This document shows, one piece after another, positions 36,341 to 49,928 of a stretch of 64,000 nucleotides of DNA. The notes beneath the pieces are model-generated. The model was not told where the DNA came from. It searched no databases and saw only the letters and a list, made by a program, of their open reading frames with translations. The stretch is from Callorhinchus milii (lineage: Eukaryota): the NCBI RefSeq assembly GCF_018977255.1, contig NW_024704742.1, forward strand, positions 1,986,001 through 2,050,000, given 5' to 3'. A program made the translations under genes and the position numbers. Positions within the stretch are counted from its first letter, which is position 1. Every line of letters begins with the position of its first letter.

Positions 36341-37019
36341 GGGAAAAAAAACGATTAAACGTGGCATTGCATCCGTCCTGTGATGTATTTCTGCGGTTTG
36401 CTTTTCTGGACAGAAGCAGGTGTTGACATTTTAGACGCTGCCCGAGTTGGAACCTGGCACTCTGGCACTCTTCTGTTTCATCTAACCTGCGTACATTGCC
36501 TACCGCCTCTCTTGAGAAGATGGCGAGGGTGGGGGCCAACAATGATTTTATTCTGTATCTATGCTGGAGAAAGGCAGATAAGAGCACAAGATATGTAATA
36601 ATAACCTCTTAAACAACGTAACACTGCCCCGGTAATATATATCTTGCGGGGGATTTGGTAGATGATTCCAACGGGTGGAATTTGGAAACTGATTATTCAA
36701 CACAATATGCTGTGTTTTGAAATGCCTGAAAATAATTGGCATCTCGTAATGTATTTGTTTTTATTGTTGGCTGAGTTATAAAACACTGCACTTTTCACCA
36801 CACCGCTGTTTGTAGGCTTTTTGGCATCTTTATGATGTCTCAGCAACTGCTCTGAAGTCACGGAGAGTCTTATAATAGTAGTAAAGCACTGCAATTGGAT
36901 TTAGTCTTTCTGTATTTCAATGGCGCTGCAGGTGTCTTAAAGGAAGATCATCTTCAAGCCGTCTCAGGCATTATCCTATGGGGAAGGGTGCTGTAGGAAT
37001 GCAATATAGACACTATCTT

Positions 37020-37415
37020 AAGCGCTCCGAGACGCTGCCCCAAATGACGCTTGCTATAGAAATGCAAGTTGTTGTTGCATATAACGGTGTTGTTGTTGTT
37101 TACGAAGATTAGTAAAGATGAAATCCCTATGTTGAAATATTGAGGTTGAAATTGCACCTGTCTGATCGGCCCACCATCAGTGGCTGAGGAATCACCATCT
37201 GTCCTCGCTCTCTGGATCTCCATCACGGAGCCTTGTCCCTTTGGTCTCTCACCTTCAAAATCTACCTTTTCAAGAGTGCTTTCAGCCACCTTCCCCCTCC
37301 GCAGAATCCCGCTCTCCCCCTGCCCATTGCGGGCTCCTAATTAGCTTTGTGAAGCACTTTGAGATTGTCCTCCTAACGTGAAAGAGCTCCCTACATGTAA
37401 TTGTCGGTGGTGTTG
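37020..37415 (+). mobile_element. Two L2 3' fragments (37020-37100 and 37170-37415)
   Basis: gctatagaaatgcaagttgttg tail; ctctggatctccatc...accttcaaaatc...gtgctttcagccacc...gtgaagcactttgaga...acgtgaaag. Confidence 0.7.
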
Positions 37416-38639
37416 ACGCTCAAACCTGTCTCAAATGGTGAATGTCCAGGAACCAAAACCATACTGTGACAAGCTACAGGATCTCCTGTGCAACCCAGTC
37501 CGCGTGTGGAGCAGATTTCCTGTGAGTCAGTATGATGTGCCCAACCTCTCAACATGAATAATTAATAATCTTTTAATTCACCGGTGTTTACATCCCTGTT
37601 GATACAACCTTCATCAAACGATGGGCATCAAAATCACATTGACGTATTAGGTGTGATACAGTAGCATCAGATAAAGCATACGCCTTTCATCTCAGTTCAA
37701 CGATCCAAGACTCTACCCTGTGTGAAGGCGTTATATATATGTGTGTGTATGCAACTATTGTTGTGTAGGAGCAATGTCTTGAAGTAAAGTATCCGTCAGA
37801 CTATGTTGTGATTATACATTTTCACAAAACAGTGGGGAGCAGAGAAACACTGACAAAGAAGACAGTTATGATTCACTGATGGCTTTGTGACTTTATTAGT
37901 GGTCTCTGACTCATGGAACAAAATAGGTTTAAAACTCCTCCCCACCGGGTGTCTTCTATTTATAAAGCTGCTGTAACAACAGCTCTCCTATTCACAAAAC
38001 CTGCAGCAAAAGCTCTAAACCAAATTGTTAAAGCTGTGGAAAGAAACAGCAATTTCATGGAACATTTGTGTTAATGTAGCCTCGTGCATCAGTCCTTTGT
38101 GAGAGTGCGCACCTAATTATATTTTCCAATCAACAAATTCTCACCCTATGCCAAGAAGATGAAGTTTCTGAGCGTGCAAATGAGATTCTGAAATGAGATC
38201 TGAATCACATGTGATCCCATGTGCGATAAATACTATTTTTCTATTGAAATCTTTTTTGCATCCAAATTCAAGCGCTTATTATTTCTGGGCCACAGTGGGT
38301 TAGGTACAGGCTCGATTTGTTGCTGCTGTCCAAGGGAACACTGATAGCACGCTCCACCTCACAGCATTCCCATCCCGGAGGCACTGGTACCTCATCTTCT
38401 GGAAGTGGATCTGTTTCAAAAATGTTCCAAGGCCTCCTGAGCCACTTAACACCACTAGACTTCTGGATTTGCTATCTTGAATCATTGCTGGTGGGTTAAC
38501 GCTGTCCTCACTGGTTTAAAGCACAGGACCACGTGTTGAGAAAACATTTGCAATGCAGAGGTAAAACACTGGAAAACAATTGTAATAATGTAATAATAAT
38601 ACGAATAATATCACGGTTTTTCTGTGAAGTGATATGATT

Positions 38640-38995
38640 GTATTTGTAGGCAAACACACAGAACATTTAGTTCCCAACAATAACTTACAAGTCATCAAGT
38701 GAGTGATGATTTATTTAATTAATTGGGGGGATTGTAAGACAATTCGCTGGGAGAAACTTCCTTTTCTTTTTGAATAGTGCCTTTTTTGAATGTTAGCTCT
38801 TTAGCATCCCCCTGACCAAGGCTTGGTTCAACGTCTCGTTTTGAAGGACAGCACCTCTGATGACACAGCACAACCCCAACACCTCGAAGGGGTGTCAGCC
38901 TCGACTTTGTGAGTTCCCGAAATCCCGACGCAGGGGCTTCAAGCCATAACCTTCTCGTTCGGAAGCGAGAGTACTATCAACTGATTCAGTCTTGG
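38640..38995 (-). mobile_element. SINE family B, degenerate
   Basis: tttgaatagtgcc, ggttcaacgtctcg, gaaggacagcacctctga, gtgtcagcct, aaccttctc...gcgagagtactatcaactga. Confidence 0.75.
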
Positions 38996-39319
38996 CTCCT
39001 TCAGCTGCAATATTAATTATTCACTGAACACTAAGCCTCATTGACTTTTTCTTCTGAATAAAGAAAAATTGTACGCATTCATTCACTCCACTGCTCAAGT
39101 TTAGCAGTAGATTTGGTCTTTTTTTTCCCTCCCTGGCCATCAACGGAATCTTGTGGCATGCGTTTTCTCAAATCATAAACTCAGCTTTGTTAGCGCTACT
39201 GTTTATTTTAACAACAGCTTATCAGTAAGCAGTCACAGTTGTTGCACGACGCTAATAAACCATGCGTTTGCGGTAAGGAGCTGTAGTTGGTGTCCATGTG
39301 TGTTAGCCCTGTGTGGGCT

Positions 39320-39570
39320 CAGCAGCTGGTCCTTCAGCCTTGCTAACCCCACTCTCTGGAACTCCATCCTGGTGTCCGCCTGCTTCTCCCCTTCCCTCAC
39401 CTCCTGCAAGGTCTATCTCAAGGTCTTCCTCTTTGACTGGGCCTTTGGTCATCTTCCCTCCCCCCACCACGCCCAAACCCAGCCCCCAGCTCGGATGGAT
39501 ACCCTTGCCTGTCCAGCATCTTGGGGCATCTTCCCGGTGTGAAACGCGCTATATAAATGTATATTGTCGT
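39320..39570 (+). mobile_element. L2 3' end
   Basis: ORF 39153-39542 has SFSLANPTLWNSI...SLTSCKVYLKVFLFDWAF; tail gtgaaacgcgctatataaatg. Confidence 0.85.
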
Positions 39571-39599
39571 GTACGGTATTTGTGCTATCTGCGCCAGAA

Positions 39600-41050
39600 G
39601 AAGCTTGTGGGTGGGGGCAATGCTTTAAAGTGGCAAGTGCTCTGATACATTCTCCGGGCGCGAAAGGTGCTCTTATCAATGTAAATGAGATTGTAAGTAG
39701 CTCAATATTATAAGCACCATAAGGCAGAGCCATTAATCAGTGCATTAACTCTCATCCTTATCCGGACTATGTACAATGTGTTCAATAATGGAATCAGAGC
39801 CCTCACCATCTCTTTAATCTGCGTTAAGGATTCCTAAATAAACCCTGACATCCCACCATGTCTCCCACCCTCCTCCCTCTATCCTCCGCCCCCTCTCCCC
39901 CCTCCCACCCCACACACACACACACACACCACACACACACAAACCTCAACTATTTGATTTGACTCAATTGCCTTAAATTACTGTTCCCCATTGCCTTTCG
40001 CTCCCCTGTGGAAATTTATTTTGCTTGAACCCAACGTCACCATCTCTTGCAAAAAAAAAAAAATCACTGTATTAATGTGGCTATTTAATGTGAGGAAATG
40101 AAAGAGGATGAGTTCTGGAGCTGCAAAGTCAAAGAAGAGGAGGGAGCTGTCTCATAATCCGGTGTTTTTTTTTTAACCTGGGGCTGCTGTGCTGCCATTC
40201 GCAATGCACCACAATCTTATTTGGACGCTCTCAGTTTTGCTGAACTATCTTATTCGTGAGATTAAAAAAAATCACAACCTGCTGAAGAGCAGTATTGCGT
40301 TCAACCAAACCAGTAGATGAATGTTAGCCTAATTTTGATTGAATTACTTTTGCTTCATTAATATGACTTTGCTGTCGGCTCTTAATTATTTTGTGAAATT
40401 ACCATGCTTTTTCATTCATCGTGTTTTACAGCCACTTTATTGCCGGGGCCTTTCGCCTAATTCGCTGCAAAAATCTGTATGAAAAGCCTTTTTCCTCTGA
40501 TACTGCTGATCTTAAATGAAACGCACGGAGATGTTGAAAGTGCGGATCTGCTAAACATCTCATTTACACATGTAATTGAGGTCTAATTAGTGTAATTCAT
40601 TAATGTGACATTCCCAACCAAACAACAATTACTCTCTGTGTTTCATGTTTAGATTTGTACTGAATTATCCCTTTTCAAATCTTAATTTGCATTCAGGATA
40701 ATGCCTATCGGAATAAATGGGATTTATTTTTGGGGTGTTATGTATGCGCTCTTTGTCAATGCAAATGTGTTTTAAGTATGACAAAGATCCAGGGAGCTCC
40801 TGTCCTCTGCTTATTTCCTGTCAAATGGAACCATTAATATATGGTTCAGAAAGCGCTGCTTGCTTTCCCTGTGTCAGACACATAGTTAATTGAAAGAATT
40901 TGCAATGGGCCATTTATTTTGAATCATTATGTATATATGTGTGTGTGTGTGTGTCTGTGTAGGTGTGTGAGGGGAAGAGGGCAGGGTTTGAAAAAATGAA
41001 CATTATTGAATTTGTACCAATTTAACTTTTTTTCCGAATGTATTTTCTGT
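39600..41050. promoter_or_regulatory. Putative cluster of conserved non-coding elements
   Basis: About 1.4 kb with no TE; dense TAAT motifs (40571-40605), octamers at 40685 and 40759, several TGACA/TGTCA sites; split only by (CA)n ~39910-39941 and (GT)n ~40937-40958. Confidence 0.45.
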
Positions 41051-41394
41051 GCTGGCTGGCAGCACATCACAACGCTTATATAAAAAAAAAGTGCCACTTC
41101 CAAAACTAGGAAGAAGACCAGTTGAATGCTTATTTTTTTGTGTTTTTTTTTAAGTAGAAAAAAATAGGATAAAGCTAAGGAAAAATCAGAGCAGTCATTT
41201 TTTTCTCCCTCATATTTTCAGGTTGAATTTTTCTCTTTTCTCTTCTTAATCTGCACTATCTGACACACATACGCACAAAACACCTTCGAACCAACAATGG
41301 TCAACTCCCACAAATGCAACTACCGACACCGGCGCGAATGGAGAACCCTCTCTGTAATGGTATAAAGATAAATTATAAACTCATCCAATTATAA

Positions 41395-41830
41395 ACGGCC
41401 TGAGTTAGCTGATCTCGGTTTGGATTTTGCACTTGGCCTCAGTGTTTCCTGAGCGAGGGAGAAAAAATATCAAGTAAAAACACAGATCAATACTTTAGGA
41501 TGCACCAAGACAGAAAGATAAGAGGACATAGCTTTAAGAGTTGTGAAGGGCAATTTCAGGACAGACACTGACCGGCAGTTTTTCCTCACTCACAATGACT
41601 GGAACAGGTTACCAGCAAGGACACTGGACTCATTTAAAAAGCCAGGTTGATGCAGTGATAGAGGTTCAGGAGGGTGGGTATTCTGGAGGGATGATATCAG
41701 AGGGTCAAAGGGTCTTCTTTATCAAAGCCAATCTTGTGATTATGATCAGATCTGGAGTCTGGGCTTAGTCTCTATCCGGTGATCGCTCTTGGTAAATGGG
41801 CATCGGTCTTTGGTGAGATTGGGATAATAT
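41395..41830 (+). mobile_element. Old third SINE-like family, interrupted by a CR1 3' end (~41515-41748)
   Basis: gagttagctgatctc...ttggcctcagtg...gagggagaaaaa, resuming at ctatccggtga; CR1 insert agaggacatagctttaag...tggaacaggttacca...gggtcaaagggtcttctt. Confidence 0.6.
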
Positions 41831-41972
41831 TGGTCACTCACTTCCTGGCTCGTTTTGGGGGACAGCACTGTGTGTAAGTCGGCTGCTGCGTTCGCCTACA
41901 GAACATACAGTTGCCACACTTTGCAGTGAAATCCTGTGAAGCGCTTCGAGAAGTGTTGAAGTCGTAAAAGAT
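41830..41972 (+). mobile_element. Deu-SINE 3' part
   Basis: ttggtcactcac...ctgtgtgtaagtcggctgctgcgttcgcctac...cctgtgaagcgcttcgag. Confidence 0.75.
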
Positions 41973-43184
41973 TGTTATTAACTATTGGGCCATTAGCTCG
42001 CTCTCAATCGCTGTCTGGGTTTACTTTACACATGAGGTATGGGTGCTTTTTCTTGACAAAAGAAACGGGCACTCAGATGAGCCGCTGGACAGTTGCCAAT
42101 CCCTTAGGAAGTGTGTCCAACAAAAGTCAGCACTTAGAGGGGAGGAGACAGGAAAAGCAGCAGGAGAAATTGGCGACAGCCACTCCCAAAATGTATTTGG
42201 AATAGCATGAACTCAGCCGCAATTATAAAGATGGAAAATGCTGGTGAGATGCAAACCCCTAATCAGAACAGGGAAGAGCTACACAACATTTTGAGTTTGA
42301 GAGCTCACTGACCTTGACCTTGCTCCTCAATGACATTGTGTCCTTTCTTATTTCTAACTCATCAGACGGTTTTCGCCGTCCGTTCCCACATCCCTACGTG
42401 TGTTCCGTTTTTCGTTCTTGCCGGATGCCTGCCTTCACTGCCAGGCAAAGCGGTAGCGTTGCATCCAAGGCAAAACAAGAAGGTTAAATGCGAATTTAAC
42501 AGTATACAAGGAATGCAGGACCCTCAAACCTTGTGGGTGGCAGCATTTGGGATCCGAAGTCCTTTCGGGCAGGACTTTTTTAACAGTCAAATCACGTGCA
42601 ACCACAAAGTATTTGCTGTGCCGGTCAAAGCAATCATTAATATTACAAGACAGCACCCTGGTGCATGGTTTCCACAGATTTGATGCAGATTTCCCAGTCA
42701 TCAATGCAAATTTCTAACAACCTGGGGACACATGAAATGAAAGATATGCGCGCCTAATATGTGGTACAATAGACTACAATACAAACTGCCTGTCAAAGTC
42801 TGACTTTTAATGACTTTTAATGACGATATTTTATGGAATGTTTTTTTCCATTTCAAGGTTTGGTGCAAAGTGGGAGTTGCAAATTGCCGAGTGAAATTTA
42901 AACAGTCTTGACGCTACCAGTAGATGTCTTTACTCTTTAAATCACCTGTTGACAATTGCTTGTGATGTTGTGCTGTGAGTACAGAATAAACCAGGGGGAA
43001 GTGATAAATCAAACGCAGCACAAAATACCAGACTGCCAGCCTCCGATGGTTCTGGTGGTAAAGTCGCGAGTAACGATATATTATTAATAATCGTTGCGTT
43101 TAAATATTGTGCCTTATCAAAATGCCTCAAAGCGCTTCGCAGCGAAGTCTAGGGATTGTGTGTATTAGTAGATGATCCCTTTGA

Positions 43185-43440
43185 CAGACCAGAGAGGACT
43201 CAAGCTGAATTAGGTGATCTCATTTGAGAGAGCAGTTGGAGCACTACAATTGACAACCCTGCCTGTGGGTGAACGAAGGTTAAAACCGCAGGCCCAGTCA
43301 CTATCTAGTGACTCCTGCACCTAGGAGCACCTGTACCATGATGGTATGAAGACCAGGACAGATGCAGGATGCCCTCGCAGACCACTTGTGTGGTAGGCTC
43401 ACGCGTAAAGAAGGGCAAGCTAATGGAGGGCATCCACGAG
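43185..43440 (+). mobile_element. Old third SINE-like family copy
   Basis: gctgaattaggtgatctc...gcactacaattg...cactatctagtgactcctgc...taggctcacg, collinear with 41395-41830. Confidence 0.55.
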
Positions 43441-43559
43441 AGTTTATTCTGAATACCTTCTGCGAAGGAGCGGAGAAAATTAGAGTGGGCAAAACAAAAT
43501 ATTTATCTGATATAGCTGGGTTTTCCAATCATTTCCAATGCCAGGTGGTATAACCTTGA

Positions 43560-43670
43560 TGCTAAACAGCTCGATGCTATGATGGGGGAATGCGAGGGTG
43601 AGTGTTCTGGAAGGATGAGATAGATCGGACGGGCCAAAGGGTCTTCTTCATCCAACCGATCGCGCGATCT
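43560..43670 (+). mobile_element. CR1 3'UTR fragment
   Basis: aaacagctcgatgctatgatggggg...ttctggaaggatgag...gggccaaagggtcttcttcatc, homologous to 41640-41725. Confidence 0.65.
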
Positions 43671-45232
43671 CCTAAAAAGGGCGACGGAATGTGAAGCTGC
43701 CTCTTTGGTTGATAATTCAGGGACAGAGTTTTTTTTCGCACGAGTTATCAGTTTGTACGGCAGTTGAAAAGAGGGAGGATTCGGAGCAGGTGATTCGGTG
43801 GAATTTTATTGCTTGGTTTGACACTGTAGAAACTGGTATTGTAATAACTGCAATGTGGTACGTCCAGCATGAAACAAGAACAACAACATTACATTTACGT
43901 CTCGCCTTTCACATCGGAAAGATATCCCGATGATTTTTTTATAATTTATTTAGTTTATTATTTATTGATTATTAATTCCTTATCGGTGATTTGGGACGGC
44001 AGGACCCGGTTAATGTATTAATCTATCAACCGATGCGGGTACGTTTTTCCACGTTGTGTTAACTAATACTTCACAGGTTACAACTTTTGCATCCAAGTGT
44101 TCACATCTTCCCCCTCTTCCCCCAATCTCAGCTCAGCTGCTATGAGGAAGAATTGACTGAAAAGCCAAGCCCCTACAAACAGACAAAAGGTCTGTTCACT
44201 GGCTTGAATTCCGCCCCGTCATCTAATGTGACTTCCACCAGTTGCCTTCCAGCGACATGAGTGGAGTGATGTGACATGGAAAAACCAGATAATAAGCTCA
44301 CAGTGCTTTTGGAGCTAAAGGAATACACAAGGAATTTAATTGTACCGTCATTCAGGACGATAGCATTCCTACAACTGCATCCATCACCAGGTACCCAATA
44401 ATACAAATCAAACATAACACACCTGACAACTCTAATACATGACAGAACACAAAATAAACAATTTTAATATTGAAATAGCCTTCCTTGTAAACTCTAATCT
44501 TCTTCACTTGCTTATTCACCAGAGGTCATTATGTTGCACTACAAGATGTAATGAAACCATGAAATATGAATTCCCCCAAATATTGCTGTTGTAGTGTAGG
44601 ATAAACAAGGATATATTGGAAGTCAAAATATTTATTATAACACTGGTGCGCAGTTTGTATCTTCAAGCATATTGTTGTGAAGTGCAAATTCTGGATTAGT
44701 GAGGTGTGTATATATCTTTTGTCGGAGAGGCGTGTAAAAGCCATCGGCAAAACAATTACACTTTAGCTGTTTTGTTATCTTGCTCAGTTCTTGAATATTT
44801 ATTTTGATTTTTCCTTGGTCATGATTTTCTTCTGCGCTGATCAAAGTGAGAACAGTCAAGCAGTGAGCTGGGGGATGGAATATTACATTTCTGGGCACCC
44901 AGCCTCAATCAGTACTGAACACCCAGTCAGTGGGCATTCCCCCACAACACACGCAGTCACTGTACTTTATAGTGTGTATCCTGTGAAGCACTTTGAGACA
45001 TCAGCCTGACGTAAAAAGCACTACATCAAATGTAAACACACTCAACGAACAGCTCAACATTGGCCTCGGGCAAACTGAATCTCTTCAAACCCAAAAGTAC
45101 CTTCTGTATTTCCTAACACATTTTCTAACTAAAGAAACCAATCTAAAGTAAAGCTATTATCTTGTGAGTCACAAGTTAACACATAGGGTTTCAGGCTTTT
45201 TTCAATTATCTTTGGTTGAGAGCGAGACAATG

Positions 45233-45641
45233 AACTCATTGCGGTAGCATTCTTGCCTCTGAGTCAGAAGGCTTTGGGGTCAAGCCCCACCTCGGGACTT
45301 GAGCTCACACGGTCTAAGTTGACCCTCCAATGCAACGCCGGGGTGGGTGTTTCATTGTCGGAAGTGCCATCCTTCGAACGAGACGTTAAGCAAAATTCCC
45401 GCCTGCCTGCTCAGGTAGACATTAAAGGCATGACACTTTTCCAAAAGAGGAGGGAGTTTCTCCCAGTGCCCGAGCCGACATTCCCCCAAATAAAATTGAT
45501 CACTCAAGCCATGGCTGTTTGTGGGACTTTGTTGTGTACAATCGAGCTGCTGTGTTTGCCTAACAATACACAGTAATTTAATTTCATAGGAAATCCTGTG
45601 AAGTGCTTTGGGATGTCTTCCCCTGAAAGACGCTACATCAA
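45233..45641 (+). mobile_element. SINE family B, full length (a separate tail fragment lies at 44935-45035)
   Basis: ggtagcattcttgcctctgagtcagaagg head; ggctgtttgtgggactttg Deu block; cctgtgaagtgctttgggatgtc tail. Confidence 0.88.
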
Positions 45642-46147
45642 GCCCTCATTCTATAGTTGTTACATGTATATTAACAGTGATGTTTATGCAGATCGGTGTT
45701 ATCTGTTGGCTTTTCCAACACGTGGAATTGTAGAAGGAAGGAAGAAGTGAAGTGCACGTTTTGATTAAATTCAGCAAATTTATTTATGAAAGCTACTCAA
45801 AGAAGGGGTTTGGAGGAATAATATCCTTTTTGCCATCATAGTAAAACAAATCGTCTTTCAGCAGATGTTTTAAATGAACTAACTATCTCATTCACGGAAT
45901 GAATCACCCCCGTGTAGCTGTCGAATGTCAGCCCAAATTCATGTGATATTTTAGAAAAAAACACTATGTGGTATCATTTTGTAATTTCCTTATCCTTTTC
46001 AAATCTCATTGAATGTCTCACTGAAATTTATAGTGAAATAACCATTTGCTCGAACATCTGTAATTCATCTTAATGATCGTTCACTTACTTATGAAACTCC
46101 ACTTTGTATTAAAGGAGGCGTAACTCCAGGGAATATAGAGAAAAAGA

Positions 46148-46305
46148 AAGATGTTGAATAGGTACCATCCTTCAGAAGAGATGCTAAACCGGTTTTCCTG
46201 TCCAACTGGACATTCACGATCCCATAGCACTGTTCGAAAAGAAGAAAGAGCTTCTCCTGACCAACAATCCCCAAGATACAATTGGTCATTCATTTCATGG
46301 CTGTT
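46148..46305. mobile_element. SINE family B, degenerate central fragment (plus-strand motifs)
   Basis: ccatccttcagaagagatgctaaac, gatcccatagcactgttcgaaaagaag, attggtcattcatttcatggctgtt. Confidence 0.65.
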
Positions 46306-47549
46306 TTCTATGCACCAGATTGTCCAATATGTTAGCCACCAGCTACACTAGTTTTGCCCACAAAATATACAGCCAATCCACTCGATAGTATTGTCGAATC
46401 CCTCTGTGCAAATCTCTTTACCCGATCGGACATTTTTGGCACTTCATCCTTTGAACCCTGACTTTTTTCAGGATCCAGCAACACACTTTGGCAGTGCCGG
46501 CCAGTTTATCTCACTAATCCTTTCTCTGTCTGTGACATCTTGGGCTTCGAGTAAACATCATCGATCGCGTGTTGGCAATAGCTGAAGCCTCGATATACTT
46601 ATGACCACTTTCTCCTGTGTATTGAAGCTGCCAGCAAATGGCTTAATGAGACGAGCACAAAGCTGTTTGTTACTTGACAGCTTGTTGTGCTTTGCACTCA
46701 AAGGATCCAATAAAATGTGGTGCTACTCAGTGGGCTAATGAAGCCGAATTTGTCTCTGATAGACATGGAGATACCATCATTCCCTGTATCATTGTCAAAG
46801 TATCTCAAAGTGCTTCCTAGGTTATCAACACCAAGTTACGAGAGCTCTGGGCCGTTATAAATATGAGCTGTTGTTCAGTAGTGACTGTTTATAAGCAACC
46901 ACAGGAGTCATTTGCACTCGGCAAGATTCCGCAAAGGGAATAGCCAATTTACCTGGAGGATTGTTGGTCAGAATATGGGAGAAACACTTTTCAAATAAAT
47001 CTTGAACACCAGATGGGACCTCAGTAAAATGTCTCTCACGTGAGGGAACTACGACAATGCAGCATTCCCCAAGAACTCAAAGTAGAATAGAAGGAGTGTC
47101 GGCCGAGACTCTGAGCTCAAAGTCCTGACACAGGATTGCGTGTATAACTGAAAATGCCCACATGGAAGGAGTGACTGTTCGTCTCCTTCAACAGTGTGCT
47201 GTGCATCACTAAGCTAGTGTGCTCTACACAATGGTACATGTAATTAATTCTTACGGCAAACTGATTCAGTTGTGGCCGCGGTTAGATTAACAAGACTAGA
47301 TTTAGAAGATTTAAAAATGTCATTTTCATAGTCCCTTTGTCGAGTAACTACAGCGAATGTAAATGTCTAATTTCAATGTTTAAACATGAATTTTGCTTGA
47401 GGATTTCCAAAGTATTAATTGCACTGCTTTTCTGCCAAAACGTGTCAGGAACCAGACTTTTATCTTACAGACTTGAATGTCCCAGCTGCCTACCTCAGCA
47501 TATCGTTTTGTCTATTGGACATGTTAGATACCCTAGTTATTCAAGTCAT

Positions 47550-47800
47550 AACCTGTCCAGGTGGACATTAAAGATCCCATGCACTACTCAGAAAGAGAAG
47601 AGCAATTTTTCCAGTTTCCTAGCCAAGAATCCATCTACTAATAACTCGTGGCTGTTTTTTGTGGGCTTTGCTGTGTGCAAAATGACTGTCGTGACTGCCT
47701 ACGAATCCACAGTCACTGCACTTTACCATAAAATCATTTGAAGTGTATTGAGAAGTTTTGACTCTGCGATAAGGTGTTGTATCAAGCTCAAGGATTATAT
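47550..47800 (+). mobile_element. SINE family B, 3' two-thirds
   Basis: ccaggtggacattaaagatcccatgcacta...ttgtgggctttgctgtgtgcaaaatgactg...aaggattat. Confidence 0.75.
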
Positions 47801-49870
47801 AACTCAATGCCTTTTGGTACTCAACAGTTGCGATGCTCTGCAGCTCAGGAAACATTGGGGAAATGATTTTGATGTTTAAAGTCTACCATCTAAAATTATG
47901 CTGGTGTACACAACCAATAGGACTGTGAGCTCAAGTCTCAATGTGAGGGTTTGGTTACACAACCTCCTGCCAGGATTTGGGTTTTAGTCATTAGCAGATT
48001 GCTTGCCTACTAACCGCTTTGTTAAAAAATGTTGCTTTGACATGTCAAAACTACCCAAGTGTTTCACAGGATTATTTATGTAAAGCGGGACGACCGTATT
48101 TGTAGACGGACACAATAGCCAATTTGCAAACAGCAATGGCCTCCGGCAGATGCAAAGTGACGGTCTTTCTTTATTTGCCGTCAAACGTTTTGACTAATTC
48201 CTTTGAAGAATTTACAAGTCACTGTCGCTCCCTGTGGTACATCGACTGAGCTCGACAACACTTATACAGTGAATTTTCCTGCTATGACTGCCTACTGCCC
48301 AGATTGGGAAGTTGTCTCAGCAGTCAGATAATCAATCCTATACACGGCCGGTGTGGAGTGACATTGGACATGGTGCAAGGTTTTGAGAATCAGAAATGGT
48401 TTCCTACAGCACAGTGCATTTTAGTTGAAGGAGATGTAAAGGGCAGTTGAGCATTTTACACATGAGGCGAATAGTAGAAAGATGATTAATGTTGAATAGA
48501 TTCCTGCAATCCATCAATCTGGTTCAGCATTCCACCATTTCAGCTCTGCAACGCAACAGGATTGATCCTCCTATAGACTGCCAAACAGTCGTGGCCGATT
48601 TCAATTAGGTTTTTGAAGATAGAGGCCGCGTGAGGTTGTCAGCAAATAAGAATAATGTTGTGACATTACTAACGTTCCCTCAAAAAACAGCAGTATTCCA
48701 TGACAATATTCGAAAGCTGTTCGGCGGTGGTATGGCACGCTGATCACTAAAGCCGGTGATGTTTTTATTGCAAGCTTTTTTTTTTAAAATAGGAAATGCC
48801 GTTGTAGACATCTGCCAAAGGAATCGTCAGCGATCAGTGAACAATAGAGGCCGTAATCTCTCTGTAGAATACCGGGGTTTAATATTCCGGATTGCTCGCA
48901 GGTTTGGGAAATATTAAATCCCTCACTCGCCAAGTTTTGACTAAATTAACCTACCTGAACCTCATCAGATAAGTAGGCATGCAACATTCAGAAGTTTGCT
49001 GGCTTGCAGGGCGAAAAATTCCTGAGTGTAAATGGACCACCCGCACCGCAATATACTTGGAAGTGTGGCACTTCGGAAATAAATGTGCGAACGTTCGCGG
49101 CCGGGGAGAAAGGAAAGGCTGGAAAGAAAGCCCGAAAGCAGAGGCAATCATCCTGCGGTGGTTTTTTGGCTACGGTAACCCTTTAAGATGGAGCATTCTG
49201 TTGAGCGGAACAGATAACTTACTTCCCTGTGACAGTAGGCAGGTGTTGTGCTGCCATTTGTTTTGTTGAAGGATGGATTACGAAGGGAAGAGGACAGACG
49301 AGCTGGGCACACACCAGCAGATCTAGTTTGTGTACCTTTTTATTCAGTTAGCTGTTGCAGTTGGCCGATCTGGTGTGTTTCTTGTACAGACTTGTTCAGC
49401 GCACAACAACAACAACAACATCAACAGCTACTTGTATTTACATATCACCCTTTATGTGGATCGCGTCTCGGAGTGGTTCTCTTCACTAGGCTTTCCCTTC
49501 GGAACTTCGGAAAGCGAGGAGAGGTAACCATGACTGTAAACACGGTCGTGTTTTTAATTAGCTTTACAAAGCCTAATTTTTTTTTCATAAAGTTTCTAAT
49601 CTTTGCTTTAAAAGCTTCCCCACCACTCTGACCTGCTTTACTCCCTACTCCACCACCCGCAGTCTCTGCTTAGTTGGCTCCCTCCGCATTGCTCCCTCCT
49701 TTCCCATTTTCAGATGACTCCCCCGCCTATAATCCTCTCGATATCTGGATGTACCCAAGGTATGAATGCGGGATTTAGTGAAATGGAAACCTTTTTCAGT
49801 CATTAATAATTATTGATATTGTGCTACAACATACCAAAATGTCAAAGGGCTTTACAACATTTTCTGAAAA

Positions 49871-49928
49871 ACACCAGATAGCAGCCAATAACCACCAAGT
49901 AGCAGCCAATAACCACCAGATAGCAGCC
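49871..49928. repeat. 21-bp tandem repeat, about 2.7 copies
   Basis: caccagatagcagccaataac / caccaagtagcagccaataac / caccagatagcagcc. Confidence 0.9.
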
